A DNA stretch of 64,000 bases from a virus. Lineage: Duplodnaviria; Caudoviricetes. A program made the position numbers and the translations under genes. Numbering within the stretch: the first letter of the stretch is position 1; every line of letters starts with the position of its first letter. Of the stretch, positions 1 through 9,620 are shown piece after piece. Under the pieces are notes generated by a model. That model was given only the letters and a program-made list of their open reading frames with translations. It made no database searches and was not told where the DNA came from. Where the stretch lies: the IMG/VR virus record IMGVR_UViG_3300034071_001431, positions 1-64,000 of that record; one strand, given 5' to 3'.

Positions 1-254
1 CCGCCACCTTGTTCAGTTATAGTAACTGCTCCGTGTGCTCCAACTGCCTGCACTGCAATCTTACTACACTTAACAGGAAAGCGCATCTCTCTACTCTCAC
101 CAGCACGTAACAATGCACACTTGGTTGGATCAACGACCGGATTTTCACCAACTATAAAGTAAATTGATACAGACGAATATAATATCACAACTCCCTTTTT
201 AAGTACAGGGCTTTGTTGACTTATATTTGTAGCAGTTAGTGAGTATGATGCCAT
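1..254 (-). CDS. hypothetical protein (runs off window)
   Basis: ATG at 254 with AGGA SD and TATAAATA upstream; open frame MASYSLTATNISQQ... to the window edge. Confidence 0.7.
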   Translation of the reverse strand, partial: MASYSLTATNISQQSPVLKKGVVILYSSVSIYFIVGENPVVDPTKCALLRAGESREMRFPVKCSKIAVQAVGAHGAVTITEQGG

Positions 255-289
255 TGTTGTTTCCTAATACAATATTTATAGTCAAAATG

Positions 290-310
290 AAAGGCCCCGT
301 AGAGCCTTTT
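290..310. terminator. rho-independent terminator
   Basis: aaaggc-cccgtaga-gcctttt hairpin with A/T tails between genes. Confidence 0.55.
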
Positions 311-331
311 GTTAGTGTGAAAGAAATCTAA

Positions 332-553
332 TTAAATATTACGCACTGCATACTCTGAAATCTTATGTGCCAACATACCAGGGATTGTTAAGTATGGCCA
401 TTCTGCTTCAAACGGACAAGGTGTTTCTCCCCAAGAGCCAGTTGTAATAAACGTTTTGTAAACTGCTAAGTCTGCTTTCTTAGTTGGATCAAACTTACGT
501 TTAGCAAATGCTTGTTGCTGTGAATAAAGTGTATTAACCATTGTTATCTCCAT
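332..553 (-). CDS. hypothetical early protein
   Basis: ORF in a tightly packed early operon; CPFExEWPY motif; an internal GGAG-led start at 541 is also possible. Confidence 0.7.
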   Translation of the reverse strand: MEITMVNTLYSQQQAFAKRKFDPTKKADLAVYKTFITTGSWGETPCPFEAEWPYLTIPGMLAHKISEYAVRNI

Positions 554-554
554 T

Positions 555-728
555 TTAATATATTTCTTTGGTAATATAAAACTCAGTTGTTGGATATTTT
601 ACAATAAACTCATCGGTAGCAACAAACTGATTTAAACCATTCATATTAAAGAATTGTTTATGAAATGCTGTCTTATGTGTTTCTTTAATTGATACTGTTA
701 AATAAACACTTGTTGCTTTGCCTGCCAT
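555..728 (-). CDS. hypothetical early protein
   Basis: GAGGAG SD before ATG at 728 (MAGKATSVYLT). Confidence 0.7.
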   Translation of the reverse strand: MAGKATSVYLTVSIKETHKTAFHKQFFNMNGLNQFVATDEFIVKYPTTEFYITKEIY

Positions 729-729
729 G

Positions 730-939
730 TTATTGCTCCTCGTTATTATTACGTTCATGTAATATTACAATTGCCGCTGAAATAATTATTTCTAATGAGT
801 TGTCACTAAACTCTTGCTGTGTTAACCAAGCTATGCAATTGTCCATTGTCATCTGACCAGCTTCGGTATCGATTGCAATGTCTTCATTAAAGACTGCTTG
901 GTTGATGTTATTAGAAATAATTATATCGTCTATGTTCAT
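730..939 (-). CDS. hypothetical early protein
   Basis: TAATG coupling to the upstream gene. Confidence 0.65.
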   Translation of the reverse strand: MNIDDIIISNNINQAVFNEDIAIDTEAGQMTMDNCIAWLTQQEFSDNSLEIIISAAIVILHERNNNEEQ

Positions 940-1211
940 TATACTACCTCTAACATATTAGCAGGAACATTCCAAATACCTTGTGCAGTTGCAACTTGTA
1001 CATTCTTAATTGCAATCTTACGCACTGTACCTTTTACAGTTAAACCGTTACGTGAGCTAACCCATTGCACGTTGTCACCAACAGTTAAATTACGTTTAGC
1101 TTGTTTACCTAATTTTGCACGAGCATACTTGATAGCATCAACAATGCTGTTTAATTCGTCGTTAGTAAAAGTACCTTGTACTAAAGCATTTGCAATTTGA
1201 GTAGCGTTCAT
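939..1211 (-). CDS. hypothetical early protein, SH3/KOW-like C-terminus
   Basis: AAGGAG SD; LTVGDNVQW...KGTVRKI pattern. Confidence 0.7.
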   Translation of the reverse strand: MNATQIANALVQGTFTNDELNSIVDAIKYARAKLGKQAKRNLTVGDNVQWVSSRNGLTVKGTVRKIAIKNVQVATAQGIWNVPANMLEVV

Positions 1212-1243
1212 TTGTATCTCCTTGTTGTTAGTGTATGTAAAGC

Positions 1244-1272
1244 ATTATACAGCCATTTTACCAAAAAGTCAA
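1244..1272 (-). promoter_or_regulatory. sigma70 early promoter (repeated cassette)
   Basis: TTGACT-17-TATAAT; the identical 29-mer recurs at 39759-39787. Confidence 0.85.
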
Positions 1273-1276
1273 CCTC

Positions 1277-1480
1277 TTATTTTGTTGCTTCCACTTCAGC
1301 AATTGCTGTAGTTGTATACATTTTGATTAATTTATCAACTACCTTGTTATACTTTTCACCATCAATGTATGCATCAAAGCTGTCAATGTTAAACTTAGTT
1401 ACTAATTTACTTTCCAAATCAAATAATGCCTTACACACCATATCAGTAACTTGTGTTTCAATTAATTGTTGTTTGTTCAT
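1277..1480 (-). CDS. hypothetical early protein
   Basis: GGAG SD within a repeated leader; MNKQQLIETQ. Confidence 0.7.
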   Translation of the reverse strand: MNKQQLIETQVTDMVCKALFDLESKLVTKFNIDSFDAYIDGEKYNKVVDKLIKMYTTTAIAEVEATK

Positions 1481-1511
1481 TTGTTGCTCCGTTTTGTTAG
1501 TGTATGTAAGC

Positions 1512-1540
1512 ATTATACAGGCATTTTACCGAAATGTCAA
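1512..1540 (-). promoter_or_regulatory. sigma70 early promoter (repeated cassette)
   Basis: TTGACA-17-TATAAT. Confidence 0.85.
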
Positions 1541-1554
1541 GTGATATTTTCTGC

Positions 1555-1583
1555 TTGACTTTTGGCTAAAATCAGCGTATAAT
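1555..1583 (+). promoter_or_regulatory. sigma70 promoter, leaderless
   Basis: TTGACT-17-TATAAT, 6 nt before ATG 1590. Confidence 0.8.
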
Positions 1584-1589
1584 GATTGT

Positions 1590-1823
1590 ATGAATATTAC
1601 TTTAGTTAAAGAAAACTATCACTGGATTATGGAGTTGCACTCTGAAGGTTCGGTTGCGGAACGTACAGTGGATAACTGGGGTGCGGCGGTGGATTCAGTT
1701 ACTGAAGAATTAAAAGGGCGACAGGGCGTAAAGCGTATGTCGTATAATACTTGGCATTGGGATGGTAGACGTGAGAATGAAGCACGTGAGTACATCACAT
1801 ATTTTTATTTGAAGCATAATTAA
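1590..1823 (+). CDS. small Trp-rich paralog family protein
   Basis: first of an array of small ORFs ending in F-x-L-[RK]-[WYFH]. Confidence 0.65.
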   Translation: MNITLVKENYHWIMELHSEGSVAERTVDNWGAAVDSVTEELKGRQGVKRMSYNTWHWDGRRENEAREYITYFYLKHN

Positions 1824-2026
1824 TGCGATATACACGTGTTAAACTTTATAGGTTTTATGCAGTAGATTTTGATCTAACGCAATTAGACGAATACAAGTGG
1901 TGTGTTGACACATTTAAGTTACCAAGTGAGTTGCGTGAATGGTATGTAAATGCAACTTGGAATAAAATTGAATTTAACTTCCGTGACCCAGCGCATGCAC
2001 TAATGTTTTCATTGAGATGGGCATGA
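1823..2026 (+). CDS. small paralog family protein (..FSLRWA)
   Basis: WCVDTF...WY...FNFRDP..ALMFSLRW. Confidence 0.7.
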   Translation: MRYTRVKLYRFYAVDFDLTQLDEYKWCVDTFKLPSELREWYVNATWNKIEFNFRDPAHALMFSLRWA

Positions 2027-2197
2027 CAGAATATATCGAAGTATCACTTACTGGTGTTGGACTAAATCAACGCAGACTTATGCAGGCATGGTGGTTGGTG
2101 GTATGATGATGCTAAATGGATAGCAAGTGACCGCAAGTATTATTTTAGAGAAGAAAAAGACCGTATGCTATTTTTATTAAGGTTTGGAGCAAAATGA
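2023..2197 (+). pseudogene. frameshifted small paralog family member
   Basis: MTEYIEVSL...QAW in one frame, ...YYFREEKDRMLFLLRFGAK in another; frame break near 2087-2100. Confidence 0.55.
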
Positions 2198-3342
2198 TAG
2201 ATACAAATTCAAAAACGTATTGTCCATTGATTTTCCATGGTATCTATGTTGAACGAACTAGCAATGGAGCATATCATATTGCACCATGTAGTACATCAAA
2301 AAAATCACAGGTATTAACTCAGAAAATTGATTTTGTTAACAATCAATCCCTTAATTTATTGCGAGTTTCGGCAAATAATAATGTACGGGCACCTCACTGC
2401 CAAAGTTGCTGGGTAGTAGAAGATAATCACGGTGAAAGTAAACGTCAAGTTTACATAGATTTGTATAGAGAAAATCAAATTCCTCAGACACAATCTATTG
2501 TATTGTTTAGTCTTGACTATAATACATTACCAATATGTAATGCTAAATGTATTATTTGCAGTCCGACCTACTCAAGTGCGTGGATTCAAGATGCACAATT
2601 ATTAAATAATACAGAGTCAAGATTTACTAAATCTACTAATATTAGTGACATCAATAAAGAACAAAATCAGCTCGATGGGTTAGATTTAACTCAACTAAAA
2701 AGTGTTTATTTCAATGGTGGTGAACCATTATTAACAAATGATCATGTCACTATATTAACGCAATTACAGAACATCAATGAAGTAGCAGTATCATATAATA
2801 TAAATGGATCTTGCTACCCAACAGAAGATGTGCTACAATTATGGAGTAAAGCCAAAGAAGTTACTTTATCGTTAAGTATTGATGGTATTAACGAGCAGTT
2901 TGAATATATTAGAAATCCACTGATATGGAAACAGGTAAGTGATAATATTGCTAAATTAAATAACTGTTTGCCCAATCTTAAAATTAATATAGCATATACT
3001 GTTGGCCTTCATAATGTGTTTGGATTACGCGAATGTATCAATTGGTGTAATACTAATATAGATAAATTTGATGTTGCTACACAATTTCATGTGCATACCG
3101 CAAATGGCAAATTAGATATTAAATTTGCAGGTAGAGAATTAAGAAAATCATTCTTAAATGAATTGTCGCTAATTGATAATAATAAATTTTATTGGGTTAC
3201 TTCTCTTAAAAATTATGTTAGATCTACAGTAGACCCAAGCAATGACTGGATGGATTATCTATATAGTCTTGACAAAATTAGAAATACAAATTGGGAAACT
3301 ACATTTGTAGAATTATATGAGAACAGTTTAAATGATAGATGA
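2194..3342 (+). CDS. radical SAM protein (N-terminal SPASM/twitch-like Cys motifs)
   Basis: CNAKCIIC (CxxxCxxC), FNGGEPLL, SIDG, N-terminal CP..PC..CQSC. Confidence 0.85.
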   Translation: MIDTNSKTYCPLIFHGIYVERTSNGAYHIAPCSTSKKSQVLTQKIDFVNNQSLNLLRVSANNNVRAPHCQSCWVVEDNHGESKRQVYIDLYRENQIPQTQSIVLFSLDYNTLPICNAKCIICSPTYSSAWIQDAQLLNNTESRFTKSTNISDINKEQNQLDGLDLTQLKSVYFNGGEPLLTNDHVTILTQLQNINEVAVSYNINGSCYPTEDVLQLWSKAKEVTLSLSIDGINEQFEYIRNPLIWKQVSDNIAKLNNCLPNLKINIAYTVGLHNVFGLRECINWCNTNIDKFDVATQFHVHTANGKLDIKFAGRELRKSFLNELSLIDNNKFYWVTSLKNYVRSTVDPSNDWMDYLYSLDKIRNTNWETTFVELYENSLNDR

Positions 3343-4450
3343 TTTACATAATATATGGGGAGTGGCGCAGTACGCAACTCAACCGCAGTTTACCTGCTAC
3401 GAATCAGTGCAGGATAAATTAGACACATTTACTAAAGAACAATATCTTAAAGATCCAGTTGATACAATACAGCAAGTATTTGATATCTATCGTGCTATAA
3501 ACATTACGCCAATTGTCTATTACACAGAAGCTGGATTGATTACTGCTATTAAAGAGTTGTCTGAGACTGTAACTAATAGTGTTAAGAACAATGTTATTAA
3601 CTTGGGCAACAATCAGGGGCAAGGTATCAATAGATTTCTATTCCCAAACATGATGACTGCCGAACCAAAAGGACGTGGCAGTAACAGTCTTAAAGATCGC
3701 TTTCTAAGTGACGCAAAGTTAAAACGTGCAATCAATTTATGTTTTGAATATAGAGAAGGTAACAATTTAGTTAGCCCAACTGCATTACGTAGAGCATTAG
3801 AATTAGTTACAGGTGAGAATGTACAGAACTTTAAGTCGCTTAATGCACGTGCTATAGTAGAACACTTATGCCCTGTGCTTTGGGGCAATGTGTATGACTA
3901 CAGTGCGGGCTATGGCGGACGCATGCTGGGTATAACGACTAGTAACATGCGTTACAACTACCAATGTATCGACCCTAACACAGAAACAGTACAGCATCTA
4001 ACATACCTAAGTGAGCTAATAGAACAGGCAGTGGGTAACAAAGGATTGATTACACAATCAGTAAGCGAAGAATACGAGCCCGCTGATATTGATCTTGCGT
4101 TTAGTAGTCCGCCATACTTTAATTTAGAGAAGTACAGCGACGAGCCAACACAGTGCATGGTTAGGTATACTACGTTAGACGAATGGTTTGAGGGTTATGT
4201 TGCGCCCACTATGAAGAACATACACAAAGGCCTAAACAGTGATGGTGTGTTTGCTACTAACATTGCGGACTATAAGTCATATGGTAATAAAGAGTATGCT
4301 GTAGTTGAACGTTGGATTGCTACTGCTGAGAAGTTAGGCTTTAAACATTCAGGTACAATTAAGATGCTACTCAATACCCGCCCGGGCGTAGGGAACGATA
4401 AAATCGCAGGGCGTGAGAAGTGGGAAGGCGTTTACGTCTTTACAAAATGA
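3332..4450 (+). CDS. DNA amino-methyltransferase-like modification enzyme
   Basis: YDYSAGYGGR SAM-binding motif and SPPY catalytic motif. Confidence 0.8.
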   Translation: MIDDLHNIWGVAQYATQPQFTCYESVQDKLDTFTKEQYLKDPVDTIQQVFDIYRAINITPIVYYTEAGLITAIKELSETVTNSVKNNVINLGNNQGQGINRFLFPNMMTAEPKGRGSNSLKDRFLSDAKLKRAINLCFEYREGNNLVSPTALRRALELVTGENVQNFKSLNARAIVEHLCPVLWGNVYDYSAGYGGRMLGITTSNMRYNYQCIDPNTETVQHLTYLSELIEQAVGNKGLITQSVSEEYEPADIDLAFSSPPYFNLEKYSDEPTQCMVRYTTLDEWFEGYVAPTMKNIHKGLNSDGVFATNIADYKSYGNKEYAVVERWIATAEKLGFKHSGTIKMLLNTRPGVGNDKIAGREKWEGVYVFTK

Positions 4451-4611
4451 TTAAAATTGGCCATTTACCATACCAGGAGATTTACGATCGTGTGATGTGG
4501 CTTCAGCAGACTGTTGGCGATGATGGTTGGTTCACAGAAAATCGCGATTGCTACATTGCAATCAAAGATCCAAAAATTGAATTTCTGTTTATACTAAGGT
4601 GGGGAGCATGA
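4447..4611 (+). CDS. small paralog family protein (..FILRWGA)
   Basis: ATGA overlap; family C-terminal motif. Confidence 0.65.
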   Translation: MIKIGHLPYQEIYDRVMWLQQTVGDDGWFTENRDCYIAIKDPKIEFLFILRWGA

Positions 4612-4829
4612 GAGTATTGAATAAAGCAGTTTGGCCACACCAAGTTACACTCGACCCAACGTTCTTGCCGGACGAAGAATATGGTGTTTATGATGTACGT
4701 GAACGTTGGCTAAGAGAAAATATGTATGAGAACTATCCAAATCGGTGGCACATTGTTGGATATAAGCCCTTGACTTATTGCTTCAGTGACAGTAATGATT
4801 ACATGATGTTTTTATTGAGTTGCGCATGA
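4608..4829 (+). CDS. small paralog family protein
   Basis: ERWLREN...RW...YCFSDSNDYMMFLL. Confidence 0.65.
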   Translation: MRVLNKAVWPHQVTLDPTFLPDEEYGVYDVRERWLRENMYENYPNRWHIVGYKPLTYCFSDSNDYMMFLLSCA

Positions 4830-5062
4830 GTTTATTAGACGGAGCAAATGGTCGCAAGTTTATAGCAACGGGTCCTTTTGATGACGAAATGCCATACCAC
4901 TATATTGTTATTGCTGATATACAGTTTTGGGTAGATAATGAAGATGAAATATATCAATGGATGGAAGATAATTTACCACGTGGTAAAGCACACCATGCAG
5001 GTATGATGATTAGTTTAGATAGTGAAATTGATAGAACTGCTTTTTGTTTGAGGTGGGCATGA
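4826..5062 (+). CDS. small paralog family protein (..FCLRWA)
   Basis: family C-terminal motif. Confidence 0.7.
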   Translation: MSLLDGANGRKFIATGPFDDEMPYHYIVIADIQFWVDNEDEIYQWMEDNLPRGKAHHAGMMISLDSEIDRTAFCLRWA

Positions 5063-5244
5063 TTGAAATTAACCTAATTCACGATTTAGACGATATAAAT
5101 TATACCAAATATAAGGCAGCAAAAGAGTGGTGCGAAGAAGAACATAATCAAGCTGGTGTTAGTAATCCAGAATGGTGGCAGTTCAGAACACAAATTAATA
5201 TTACAGATAAATTACTTACATTGTTAGTAATGAGGTGGTCGTAA
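5059..5244 (+). CDS. small paralog family protein (..VMRWS)
   Basis: EWCEE...WW...MRWS. Confidence 0.65.
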   Translation: MIEINLIHDLDDINYTKYKAAKEWCEEEHNQAGVSNPEWWQFRTQINITDKLLTLLVMRWS

Positions 5245-5507
5245 TGGCAACAACAATTTCAATGACTGAAAAACAATGGGCAACACTAAAAGACAAGATT
5301 GTAGAAGATTACGGTCGAACTACAGTATTAATTAGCTGGCGATTAAGAGATACATTGGGCTTTACTATACGTGAGTACAGGGATTATTCACCTGGTCAGG
5401 CGCAAAAAGAATATCCATTTGAGAGTTGGACTACTATACGCTTAGACTTTTGGGATGAACAGTTACATACAATGTTTCTTTTGAAATACAGCGATTACTT
5501 ATTGTAA
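5244..5507 (+). CDS. small paralog family protein (..FLLKYS)
   Basis: LDFWDEQLHTMFLLKY. Confidence 0.7.
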   Translation: MATTISMTEKQWATLKDKIVEDYGRTTVLISWRLRDTLGFTIREYRDYSPGQAQKEYPFESWTTIRLDFWDEQLHTMFLLKYSDYLL

Positions 5508-5723
5508 CGTATGCGTTTCTAATACATCTGCATCCATACCAAGTATTTCAAATATTAATTTAATGTTTGGGTGGACTGCACCAATATCAGACTCTGGTAT
5601 CATAACAAACTTAGCAGTACCATCTGCTTTAACTGCAAACACATAAATGTCGGCATCATCTACTGGACTAATTTGGTCTACGTACTCTACACTTACTTCT
5701 TCTTCGGATTTTGCCATTATCAT
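5499..5723 (-). CDS. acidic hypothetical protein
   Basis: ORF following the 6354 gene. Confidence 0.6.
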   Translation of the reverse strand: MIMAKSEEEVSVEYVDQISPVDDADIYVFAVKADGTAKFVMIPESDIGAVHPNIKLIFEILGMDADVLETHTLQ

Positions 5724-6354
5724 GTGCCTTAAGATAAGTTATATTTTTTGCAATCTTCTTTAGTAATTTACGCATTACTAAATGATCACTTCCAAATGTA
5801 CGGCGGTAGTGTTCTAAATCTAAGCTCTCCATTGGTTCTATAGTATTTAACTTGTATTTTAAAATATAGAATCTAGCGGCTATGTTTGCGGCATACGCAT
5901 CTATTTCATCGGGCATGCCTAAATATTCTTGGTCATTTGTTGCATTACTGTGCTTACTAACATAACCTCTATTCATTATAAAGCGACGACTTCTATATTG
6001 ATGTTGATGTCTGTATTCATGTACCAACGATTCAACTAATTCAAGGGTAAGATCATCTGCTATCTTGCCTGTAATAAGCCATGGAGATTTTTTAGCCTGA
6101 TTAATTATAAGAGTTAGTTTGAATTGCTTACGTCGTTCTTCATCTAAGTTAGGGTCGTACTCTGCACCAAATGTAAAGTCACCCGGTGAAAGTATACTAT
6201 TATCGCCACAGTAGAAATCAACTTTAATTGAATGATGTTTATTAAGATGTTTGCCAAGTTGTCTGACAAAGTTGTGTGGAGTGATTCTTTTGTTAATCAA
6301 GCCTGCTACCCATTTTGAAATACTTACATACTCAACAATAGGATTTAATATCAT
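5668..6354 (-). CDS. zincin-like (HExxH) protein
   Basis: LVHEYRH and downstream EIDAYA. Confidence 0.6.
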   Translation of the reverse strand: MILNPIVEYVSISKWVAGLINKRITPHNFVRQLGKHLNKHHSIKVDFYCGDNSILSPGDFTFGAEYDPNLDEERRKQFKLTLIINQAKKSPWLITGKIADDLTLELVESLVHEYRHQHQYRSRRFIMNRGYVSKHSNATNDQEYLGMPDEIDAYAANIAARFYILKYKLNTIEPMESLDLEHYRRTFGSDHLVMRKLLKKIAKNITYLKAHDNGKIRRRSKCRVRRPN

Positions 6355-6356
6355 GG

Positions 6357-7931
6357 CTAACTACCGCCGAGTAAAGTTGATCCACCAGAAAGACTATTGT
6401 CACCGGCTGCGCTTGGCAATCCAGAAAATGGATTACTAGTCGGAGTAAATTGTAACGGAGCAATGCCATGAGCTTGCATGAGTAATTTATTTTTACCTTC
6501 AGCTAAACTTGCTTTAATTGCTTCGCCGTGTGCATCATCTGTTGCCATATTGTGCAATACATCTGTTACTCCCGACCCACTAGCGTCTGCGCCCAATGGA
6601 TGTAGTCCCATACCAAAGCTCTTAATACTTCCTAAACTAGCAGGAGTTGGTGTAGTTAAATCAACTCCTGCTTTAAGCATTAAACTAGAGGTTGTACTAA
6701 TCATTGCATGCACACCTGCTACTGCCGCTGTTATTGCACTTTCGCTACCCGATGCTAGGGCGGCGGCCATATCATTAATTTTTGGACCACCAGCTGCGGC
6801 TTGCGTGAAGTCTGTCATATTTGGAAGACCATGCGCACCGTTGCCTAATCCAGTCATACCATCTATATCGCCTTTTAAGTCACCCATCAGTCCGCCCAAA
6901 CTTGGTGCAAATGCATCTAATTTAGGAACGCTAGGGATAGTAATTCCATTTAACATACTTGCCGCAGCAGCTGGGCTATCAAATTTTGCACCCATATCAC
7001 CGAGCTTAGTAGCAACTCCTTTCAAGTCTGTAGACATACCAGCAACGTCAGCTGGATTAGATAATTTTTTAATATCAGTTAAATCTTTAAGACTTTGCAC
7101 ACCACCTACCCCAACTACTGGCGCAATATCTGACCCCATTGACCCAATTGATGCATATATGGTTTTTCCGGCCGGAGGAACAATGCCCATTTGATTGGTT
7201 ATTGTAGATATAATTTTAGGGTCGGTAATTGAATTCAGTACTTTATCAATAGATGAAGCATACACTGGATCGTGCATCTGGGTAATGTCAACTCCGGCTT
7301 TAGTTAATTCTGCATTTAGGCCCGATGCATTTCCTAATTTAAGACTTGATATTTTGTTAACTAGGCCGGCCGAAGAACCAAAATTATTCATATCTTTAAG
7401 ATCAAACGCAGGTCCTGCCGCAGTAAATGCTTTGGCGGCACTTGGTAGATCGCCTAGTACTTTATCTACTCCTTGTGTGGCCATTGAACTAATACTTGAT
7501 ATGCCGCTACCGTAATCGCCAAATGAAGTATTTGCTATAAAGCTAGTAGCTGATTTTATTTCCAATGCATCGGCAATATGGCCCTGTGCTTGCATTACTA
7601 CCTGACCAAATGCTGCTGGATTACCTGCTGGCAATAATTGTTTACTCTGTGTGTCTAGATTTGTTGCGGCCAATGCTAGATCTGCGGCAAGTGTGGGATT
7701 ATAACTAGGAGACAGAACATTACCATACAGGGCAGCTTTATCTTGCATCGCCGAGATTGCAGAAGTAACAGCTGGAGCAATTTGTAGTGCACCACCTTTA
7801 GCCAATCCGGCTATAGCAGTTAATGTCGCTGGCGTAAGTGCCCCAGCAGGTGTAGCTAGAGATGGTTTAAGATTTTCTAGTACTACACTACCTGCTTTAG
7901 CTGTTACCAGCGATATATCATGTTCTGCCAT
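6357..7931 (-). CDS. Ala/Gly/Ser-rich putative virion (baseplate/tail) protein
   Basis: 524 aa, low-complexity AGS composition; function inferred. Confidence 0.5.
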   Translation of the reverse strand: MAEHDISLVTAKAGSVVLENLKPSLATPAGALTPATLTAIAGLAKGGALQIAPAVTSAISAMQDKAALYGNVLSPSYNPTLAADLALAATNLDTQSKQLLPAGNPAAFGQVVMQAQGHIADALEIKSATSFIANTSFGDYGSGISSISSMATQGVDKVLGDLPSAAKAFTAAGPAFDLKDMNNFGSSAGLVNKISSLKLGNASGLNAELTKAGVDITQMHDPVYASSIDKVLNSITDPKIISTITNQMGIVPPAGKTIYASIGSMGSDIAPVVGVGGVQSLKDLTDIKKLSNPADVAGMSTDLKGVATKLGDMGAKFDSPAAAASMLNGITIPSVPKLDAFAPSLGGLMGDLKGDIDGMTGLGNGAHGLPNMTDFTQAAAGGPKINDMAAALASGSESAITAAVAGVHAMISTTSSLMLKAGVDLTTPTPASLGSIKSFGMGLHPLGADASGSGVTDVLHNMATDDAHGEAIKASLAEGKNKLLMQAHGIAPLQFTPTSNPFSGLPSAAGDNSLSGGSTLLGGS

Positions 7932-7939
7932 TCTAAATC

Positions 7940-8251
7940 CTAAGTTATAATGCCGCCGGCACCAATTGGCTCAATGCCTGTTGTTGTATGTATATAATGA
8001 TTTACTAATTCGTTACTTGTTTGTGCATGTAACATCACATGACGTTTATCAATGTGTATACTCTTATTTAACTCAGATGTAAACAGGCTTTGCATCAGGC
8101 CAATGCCTTGTGGGCTTGGAACCACTATCATTGGTTTAGATACAATAAATTCATCAGCAGTTTCTTCAACTACTTTAGCAATAACTTCATCGCCATTTAC
8201 TAATTTAAATGATACTAATGTATCTCGGTCATACTTATTAGTTACTAGCAC
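7940..8251 (-). CDS. Sm-like small beta-barrel protein
   Basis: FKLVNGDEVIAKV pattern, typical of T4-like phage Sm-like proteins. Confidence 0.55.
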   Translation of the reverse strand: MLVTNKYDRDTLVSFKLVNGDEVIAKVVEETADEFIVSKPMIVVPSPQGIGLMQSLFTSELNKSIHIDKRHVMLHAQTSNELVNHYIHTTTGIEPIGAGGIIT

Positions 8252-8501
8252 TTGTTTCCCCTAACATTTCGTTTAATTGTTCATCGGTTAATTTTTTTAA
8301 GCCTTGGAAGCCACCTTCAACAAATAGTTTGCCATCTCGATAAATTTGCGGCACTGTGCGATGACGTTGTTCCAACAACCATTCACGTGCTACATCATCT
8401 TCATCAATTTTAATTACTTCAAATGCAATCTTTTTTGTTGTTAATAAATTCTTAGCCTGCTCGCAAAACGGGCAATTATTTTTACTATATACTGTTAACA
8501 T
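8238..8501 (-). CDS. nrdC: glutaredoxin
   Basis: CPFC, TVPQI, GGF; adjacent to nrdB. Confidence 0.9.
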   Translation of the reverse strand: MLTVYSKNNCPFCEQAKNLLTTKKIAFEVIKIDEDDVAREWLLEQRHRTVPQIYRDGKLFVEGGFQGLKKLTDEQLNEMLGETSASN

Positions 8502-8518
8502 CTCGGCTCCTTTTATTA

Positions 8519-9619
8519 TTATAGTGATGGTAAATCGTTGTAGTTCATCTCATCCGACATAACTCCAATAACATAGTTAGTTGATTCAGATTCTTGTAAT
8601 GCTGTTTGTTTCTTGCTTGTATCTGTATGTTTATTAAACCACGGAATCGGTGTCGATTTAGGTGCAGGGCTAGTGTAACGTATACCAATTTGTTTCAAGG
8701 CATCTACGGCTGTATAATCAACAAATTCTTTAAGAATATTAGCGTTTAGACCAATAACCGGACCCATTTTGAACAAATAATCGGCCCATTCTTTCTCTTC
8801 GCGAATAACGTCTAAGTACATTTGATATACTTCAGCTTCACATTCTGCTTTAATTGCAGCAAAGCGTGGGTCTTCTTTAACTACTTGATTAATTAAAAAG
8901 GCAGTCCATTCTTTGTGTAACAACTCGTCTTGTAGGATTAAGCTAATGATATTACCGTTACCAATAAAGATACGATTTTCTACCATAGCCAAACTTGTAG
9001 CAAATGATACCATAAAGCGGAATGCTTCTAGACCATAGCTAGCATGTAAGGCCAGCCATACTGCTTTAATGTGATCTGTTTCACTAATTTTCATACCAAG
9101 TTCTTTTTGGCAATTAATTACATGTAATTTATCGTAATAGTTTCCAATTGTGCTAGCCATGCTAACAATCTCTTGTGTATCATGGATCGTGTTAAACACA
9201 TCCTTTGGTACGTTGTAAATGTTACGAATAATGTGACTGTAACTTTTACTATGAATGTTAGTTTCAAAAAATGACCAATTACTAATTAACGCTTCTAGCT
9301 CCGGTAGACTTACGACTGGGCCAAACACTTGATTAGGTGCGCGACCTTGTAAGCTATCTAATGCTGTTTGACGTAACAAGTTAGAAGTAAAAATGTGTTT
9401 TACTGCATCACTGGCACTCTTAAAATCATTGGCATCTTTACTTAAACTAATCTCCTCTGGTTGCCAAAAGAAACCACGAGCAGTAGCTTCAAAGTCTGCA
9501 ATCTTGTTATACTTAACTTCTTCGAAACGTTGTACTGTTACTGGTCCGGCTGGGTCAAGGAACATCTTACGTTGTAGATAGTTTGTTTGTTTTGCTAAAT
9601 TGTATTGTGCTAGTGACAT
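8519..9619 (-). CDS. nrdB: class I ribonucleotide reductase beta subunit
   Basis: FFWQPEEI, LDSLQ, ETNIHSKSY, LEAFRF, DELLH, C-terminal QE..Y. Confidence 0.95.
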   Translation of the reverse strand: MSLAQYNLAKQTNYLQRKMFLDPAGPVTVQRFEEVKYNKIADFEATARGFFWQPEEISLSKDANDFKSASDAVKHIFTSNLLRQTALDSLQGRAPNQVFGPVVSLPELEALISNWSFFETNIHSKSYSHIIRNIYNVPKDVFNTIHDTQEIVSMASTIGNYYDKLHVINCQKELGMKISETDHIKAVWLALHASYGLEAFRFMVSFATSLAMVENRIFIGNGNIISLILQDELLHKEWTAFLINQVVKEDPRFAAIKAECEAEVYQMYLDVIREEKEWADYLFKMGPVIGLNANILKEFVDYTAVDALKQIGIRYTSPAPKSTPIPWFNKHTDTSKKQTALQESESTNYVIGVMSDEMNYNDLPSL

Positions 9620-9620
9620 A

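Noticed and set aside
1212-1540. CRISPR-like repeats
   Set aside because: The repeats are promoter/SD cassettes separated by genes; no regular spacers or cas genes.
6478-7515. Long + strand ORFs (238 and 106 aa)
   Set aside because: Antisense shadows of the Ala/Gly-rich gene at 6357-7931; no SD or motifs.
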